Below, piece by piece: positions 37,837 to 42,307 of a stretch of 42,307 nucleotides of DNA (its first letter is position 1; each line of letters begins with the position of its first letter). A program made the translations under genes and the position numbers. This DNA comes from a bacterium (lineage in GTDB: Bacteria; Electryoneota; Electryoneia; Electryoneales; Electryoneaceae), in assembly GCA_043801585.1 (NCBI GenBank), contig JAZDLX010000171.1:1-42307 (forward strand), in the 5' to 3' direction. The notes under the pieces are model-generated. The model saw nothing but the letters and a program-made list of their open reading frames with translations, was not told the DNA's origin and did no database searches.

Positions 37837-39993
37837 ATGGTGATCCGCCGTGCCGTCACGGTTATGTCTCTGATTCTCTTAACAACCGTTCTCGGCTGGA
37901 CAAATCCCAGCCACGTGCTGGTCATCGAACCAATCGATCATGTCGAGATCGACGGTAATATCGAGACCACGTGGACAACTGTGCCCCCATTGGATCATTT
38001 TACCCAGATTCGGCCTTCGGAAGGTTCGCCGGCCCAGGCAGAGACATTCGCCTATGTCCGCTATACTCCCGACGCTCTCCTGCTCGCCTTCGACTGCCGC
38101 GATCCGAATCCGGATGCCATTTCAGGGAGAATACAACGGCGCGACCAGGACGATAATTCGGACTATATCGTTGTCTTTTTCGATCCCTTTCACGATCAGC
38201 GTTCAGGCTATTTTTTCGGCGTGACCGCGGGTGGCGTTCAGCTCGACGGGACGGTCTCTGAAGAGTCCAACTTCGATGATTCCTGGGATGGCATCTGGGA
38301 GTCCGCCGTACGCCGCACGGAGAATGGCTGGACGGCGGAAATGCGCATCCCCTTCAGCTCGTTCCGGCATGGCAACGACAATGCCAAATCAAACACCTGG
38401 GGTCTCAACTTCGAACGGTATGTCCATCACCTCAACGAAGAGAGCCATTGGCGTCCCCAATCACGTGCCCTCGGCCACCGTGCAAGCCAGTGGGGCGAGA
38501 TGAAGGGTTTACAAGGAATTAAAGGTGGTGCGCATGTCGAGCTGCTTCCCCACGCCGTAGCTCGCTGGGATGCTCCTGACGGCTCGTCGGTCTATTCCGA
38601 CCGGAATTCCTGGGATAACCTCGGACTCGACCTGAAAATCGTTCCCAGCCCCTACTGGACGATGGATGTCACGTTTCAGCCCGACTTTGCCCAGGTGGAC
38701 GTGGACGAAGAGGTGACCAATCTTTCTGACTATCCGATTTACCTGGATGAAAAACGTCCCTTTTTCCTCGAAGGTCTTGACCTGTTCAGTGAAACGGAAT
38801 TTCAGATGCTTTATACACGGAAGATCACAGACCCGGATGTCGGTTCACGTGTGACGGGCCAGTGGGGCAAATTCCGTGGAAGCGCGCTGGCAGTCCGTGA
38901 CATTGGGGAAGGTGGCGAAATTCGTGCGGTTTCGGCAGCGCGGGGAGTGCTCAATTTTGGCAAAACCAGCACAGCAGGTTTTACCTCGACGACCCTTTCG
39001 GTCGATTCGGGCTTTCATGCGAATGCTGGCGATCTTGATACTCACATCCGCTGGGGCAAGGAAAACGAATGGAATACCATCTTTGCAGCCGTGGATCGAA
39101 CCGACAGCAAACAGCAACCCGCTGCCCTTAGCTCCGTGATCCTGCTATTTGACGAAAAGCACATTCATTTGGGGACCGGAATTCATTACCTGGGCAGGGA
39201 TTTCAACGTGAACGATTTGGGATTCACAGGATACACGAACCGAATGGACCAATGGTTCTGGACCCAATATATGCTGAATCCCAAGACCGGATTGATTGAA
39301 TCCTGGTGGTTCAATCTCAACTTTTACCAAGAAGCAATGCCCATCGGATACGGCCTTTACGAGCGAAGTGGAAACTGGAACACCGATGTCGATCTCCGTT
39401 CGAACTGGGAACTTTATAGTGGAATGGCATGGGGAACAGGGTGGTTCCGGGAACGCTCGCAAATGGACTCAACCGTTGCTTGGGATCCGAAGTACGCTGA
39501 CAACTTTGGTCCCTTCTATCCGGAATTCCATCCATACTATTCGCAGTGGTTCGGGTTTGAAACCGATGACCGAAAGCCGGTGAGCCTCGATCTCCACCTT
39601 GAGCGCTCAACATTCCGGGAAGGCAAGGAGCACCGGGTGATACCCGAGCTTGGCTGGCGGCCGGCTCCCAACATGGAGATTACCGGGGCCTGGGATTGGA
39701 CGCGCATCGAAGACGCCAAGCGAGTGAATGACGGTGCACGCTCCGACTTCACCATCACCCGCCTTCGCGTTCGCTGGTCACCGACATTGGACTTCTCGGT
39801 GCGAGCGACGATTCAGATGGTGCATGAAGATAAGCGTGTCAACTCAAATATCCTTTTCGCCTGGAATTGGGCGCCCGGAAGCTGGGCGTACCTCGTCTAC
39901 GACGAAGGCCGTCCGACGGACGACCGATTCGGATATACCCGCGCCGACCGCACTATCCGGTTGAAATGGACCTGGTTCAAAGCAGTCAGATGA
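37837..39993 (+). CDS. DUF5916 / CBM9-like (DOMON) domain outer-membrane protein
   Basis: Signal peptide; IDGN, DPFHDQR, SWDGIW, WTAEMRIPF, PDFAQVDVD, EKRPFFLEG, YTRKI. Confidence 0.82.
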   Translation: MVIRRAVTVMSLILLTTVLGWTNPSHVLVIEPIDHVEIDGNIETTWTTVPPLDHFTQIRPSEGSPAQAETFAYVRYTPDALLLAFDCRDPNPDAISGRIQRRDQDDNSDYIVVFFDPFHDQRSGYFFGVTAGGVQLDGTVSEESNFDDSWDGIWESAVRRTENGWTAEMRIPFSSFRHGNDNAKSNTWGLNFERYVHHLNEESHWRPQSRALGHRASQWGEMKGLQGIKGGAHVELLPHAVARWDAPDGSSVYSDRNSWDNLGLDLKIVPSPYWTMDVTFQPDFAQVDVDEEVTNLSDYPIYLDEKRPFFLEGLDLFSETEFQMLYTRKITDPDVGSRVTGQWGKFRGSALAVRDIGEGGEIRAVSAARGVLNFGKTSTAGFTSTTLSVDSGFHANAGDLDTHIRWGKENEWNTIFAAVDRTDSKQQPAALSSVILLFDEKHIHLGTGIHYLGRDFNVNDLGFTGYTNRMDQWFWTQYMLNPKTGLIESWWFNLNFYQEAMPIGYGLYERSGNWNTDVDLRSNWELYSGMAWGTGWFRERSQMDSTVAWDPKYADNFGPFYPEFHPYYSQWFGFETDDRKPVSLDLHLERSTFREGKEHRVIPELGWRPAPNMEITGAWDWTRIEDAKRVNDGARSDFTITRLRVRWSPTLDFSVRATIQMVHEDKRVNSNILFAWNWAPGSWAYLVYDEGRPTDDRFGYTRADRTIRLKWTWFKAVR

Positions 39994-40014
39994 CCCGGAA
40001 TCAGCAGATCTTCC

Positions 40015-40052
40015 AAGAGCGTTCGGGTATTCCGATCCCGAACGCTCTTTTT
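40015..40052 (+). terminator. Intrinsic terminator
   Basis: AAGAGCGTTCGGG-tattccgat-CCCGAACGCTC followed by TTTTT. Confidence 0.85.
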
Positions 40053-40167
40053 CGTCAACGTTTCTGGTTTTTGGAAGGATTGAACTCTCCCGCTTTACCG
40101 GGAAACATGTCAGTCGCTTTCCGCTTTAGTATTTTCCATGTTTTACGGTTGTCAAGGAGATATCGTT

Positions 40168-40695
40168 ATGGAATGGAATATTGCGCTTGTCTGGATCGAA
40201 CGTCTTCTCGCCGCCGTCGTGGCAGGGGCAATGATCGGACTTGAACGGGAACTGCGCGGCAAACCCGCCGGACTTCGGACCATTGTCCTGATCACCATGG
40301 GTTCCGCCATGTTCATGATCGGCAGTGAAATCATCACCATTGGACCGCGATTTACCGACTCTTCGCGAGTTGCCGCCCAGATTGTCAGCGGTGTCGGTTT
40401 CCTCGGCGCCGGAGCGATCATCACCAGCAGGAACAAGGTTCTTGGATTGACCACCGCTGCCACGATCTGGATCGCCGCTGCCATCGGCCTGGTCATCGGC
40501 TATGGCGAGGTGGGCTTTGGCCTCTTCACGTCAATGGTGACCGTTAGTGTCCTGATTTTCCTCACTCAGCTCGAAAAACGATTTCTTCACCCATGGGCGC
40601 GCCGCCATGGGTTTATCCACGTGAATGGAAGGTCGGATTCACCTCATCCTTCGGGCATGGGAGGATCGGGGGATTATCCCCAGAGTATCGAATAA
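40168..40695 (+). CDS. MgtC/SapB family membrane protein (short form)
   Basis: IGLERE...AGLRT, RVAAQIVSGVGFLGAG, GLTTAATIW; AAGGAG RBS. Confidence 0.92.
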   Translation: MEWNIALVWIERLLAAVVAGAMIGLERELRGKPAGLRTIVLITMGSAMFMIGSEIITIGPRFTDSSRVAAQIVSGVGFLGAGAIITSRNKVLGLTTAATIWIAAAIGLVIGYGEVGFGLFTSMVTVSVLIFLTQLEKRFLHPWARRHGFIHVNGRSDSPHPSGMGGSGDYPQSIE

Positions 40696-40817
40696 TCCAA
40701 ATGTCTCCAGAAGAACATAATTGCAGGTAAGACCGAACCTCTCCGTTTCTGCGAGGGGTCCGGTCTTTCCGTATCTTTCTCCCCTATCACAATCAATCGT
40801 TCAGCGAGGAGAATTGT

Positions 40818-42307
40818 ATGCGACTACGTATCCCGCTTTTGCTTCTGCTGGCCATTCTGCTGACGTCCACTCCATCTTTTGCCATCCCCGGAAGCATTCT
40901 CGACAGCCTCAATGCACCCGGGACGATGCCCACCGGCCTCGCGTTTGACGGCACGAACCTGTGGATGGCGGACCGGCTGAGTGATTCCCTGTACGCCATC
41001 GATCCCTCCACGGGTGAGGTGAAAAACGTTCTCCCCGCGCCCGGTTACATGGTTACGGGTCTGGCGTGGGATGGCAAAGCACTCTGGTGCATGGACATCG
41101 AGGAGAGCAGGGTTTCGCGTGTGGACGTCAACTCCGGAGTGACGATCTCCAGTTTCGAATCGCCACTCCCGATGCCTGCCGATCTCGCCTGGGATGGCAA
41201 TTACCTGTGGATTGTCGATCCCACCTCCGACATTCTCGCGAAGATCTCCACGGATGATGGAACGACGGTCGTGGAATATCCCGCACCTTCGTCCAATGCC
41301 ACTGGTCTCACCTGGTGGAAGGGCTACCTCTGGTGTGCGGACCGGGTGGAGGACCGCATCTACCTCATCGCTCCCGATCATGACGGCGAAGTGGTGCTCA
41401 GCATGGACGCACCCGCACCCCACGCTCAGGGACTTGCGGCCGTCGGTGACGACCTGTTTTGCGTCGATTATCAGACCGACCGGATCTACCGTCTCGCCAC
41501 TGATGACGGCAAAACGATCCAGCAAAGCGACAAACATACTCTGGACGTGAAATTGCTTTACGAATTTCGCAATTACGGTCCGGGCGAGGTACCGGAGCTG
41601 GATGTCTACATCGCCGTCCCTCACGACATGCCCAACCAGGTGCTTCACGGCGATCCGACCTTCACCCCGGCACCCAAGGAATTTCTGGAGGATCGCTGGG
41701 GCCAGCGTGTCGCCCACTTCCGTCTCGAAAATCCCGCTCCCGGCGTACGCAACAGGATCACCATGGAGGCGACCGCCGATCTGTACGATGCGCGTCAATT
41801 CGTTTTCCCCCACCACGTCGGCAAGCTGAAGGACATTCCCAAGGAGATCCGCCAGCTCTACCTCGTGGACGAGGACAAGTACCGTATCAACGATCCCATC
41901 ATTCAGAATGCGGTAAAGGCGGCGATCGGCGATGAGACCAATCCCTACTGGATGATGCGCAGGATTCACAAGTACATCCGTGACCGGCTCTACTACGAGT
42001 TGGCGGGCGGGTGGAACGTTGCGCCCCGTGTCCTCGAACGCGGGAACGGCTCCTGCAGCGAATACACTTTCGTCTTCATCTCGATGTGCCGTGCGGCGGG
42101 CATCCCCGCGCGGTACGTGGGATCAGTGGTCGTGCGCGGCGATGAAGCCTCGACCGATCTTTATTTCCACCGCTGGAGCCAGGTGTACATGCCGGGTTTC
42201 GGCTGGATGATGGTGGACCCGCAGGGTGGCGACCAGGAAACCCCGTCTAAAGTGGGGAATTCCATCGGCCACCTCTCCAACCGTTTTCTGATCACCACCG
42301 AAAGCGG
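40818..42307 (+). CDS. Secreted protein with beta-propeller (GLxWDG) repeats and a transglutaminase-like domain (partial, runs off window)
   Basis: Manual translation MRLRIPLLLLLAILLTSTPSFA...; repeats PTGLAFDG, VTGLAWDG, ADLAWDG, TGLTWWKG; GSCSEY...CRAAGIPAR...HRW...GWMMVDP catalytic triad; GAGGAG RBS; missing from the ORF track. Confidence 0.88.
   Translation, partial: MRLRIPLLLLLAILLTSTPSFAIPGSILDSLNAPGTMPTGLAFDGTNLWMADRLSDSLYAIDPSTGEVKNVLPAPGYMVTGLAWDGKALWCMDIEESRVSRVDVNSGVTISSFESPLPMPADLAWDGNYLWIVDPTSDILAKISTDDGTTVVEYPAPSSNATGLTWWKGYLWCADRVEDRIYLIAPDHDGEVVLSMDAPAPHAQGLAAVGDDLFCVDYQTDRIYRLATDDGKTIQQSDKHTLDVKLLYEFRNYGPGEVPELDVYIAVPHDMPNQVLHGDPTFTPAPKEFLEDRWGQRVAHFRLENPAPGVRNRITMEATADLYDARQFVFPHHVGKLKDIPKEIRQLYLVDEDKYRINDPIIQNAVKAAIGDETNPYWMMRRIHKYIRDRLYYELAGGWNVAPRVLERGNGSCSEYTFVFISMCRAAGIPARYVGSVVVRGDEASTDLYFHRWSQVYMPGFGWMMVDPQGGDQETPSKVGNSIGHLSNRFLITTES

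Overview
Gene-dense, GC-rich chromosomal segment of a Gram-negative (LPS-making) bacterium. The gene families look FCB-superphylum-like, which is a weak inference. It is mostly housekeeping and envelope genes: partial waaA-like plus GT9 heptosyltransferase, CPBP protease, smpB-polyprenyl synthetase-apbE, ALDH7-type aldehyde dehydrogenase, FmdB zinc ribbon, MltF and MltB lytic transglycosylases, O-antigen ligase-like protein, tRNA-Glu(CTC), metB-like/hom operon, serine hydrolase, PAS histidine kinase plus multidomain response regulator, LTA-synthase-family sulfatase, TamB plus TamA/BamA-family, acyl-ACP thioesterase, sodC, typA, GDPD, DUF5916/CBM9-like protein, MgtC and a partial beta-propeller/transglutaminase gene. 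I found no CRISPR array, prophage or transposase. The strongest discovery is an unannotated, complete leader-peptide attenuator upstream of the metB-like/hom operon (promoter, Met-rich 24-aa peptide, antiterminator and terminator), suggesting ribosome-mediated methionine sensing in place of a SAM riboswitch or T-box. Other highlights: a Zn-ribbon/H-lectin(gp53)-like/HEPN protein coupled to two outer-membrane genes, three families of REP-like palindromic elements, a 27-aa membrane microprotein, a Cys-free Cu/Zn SOD, and a histidine kinase lacking the H+1 acidic residue. All protein calls rest on motif recognition by eye; no database searches were run.
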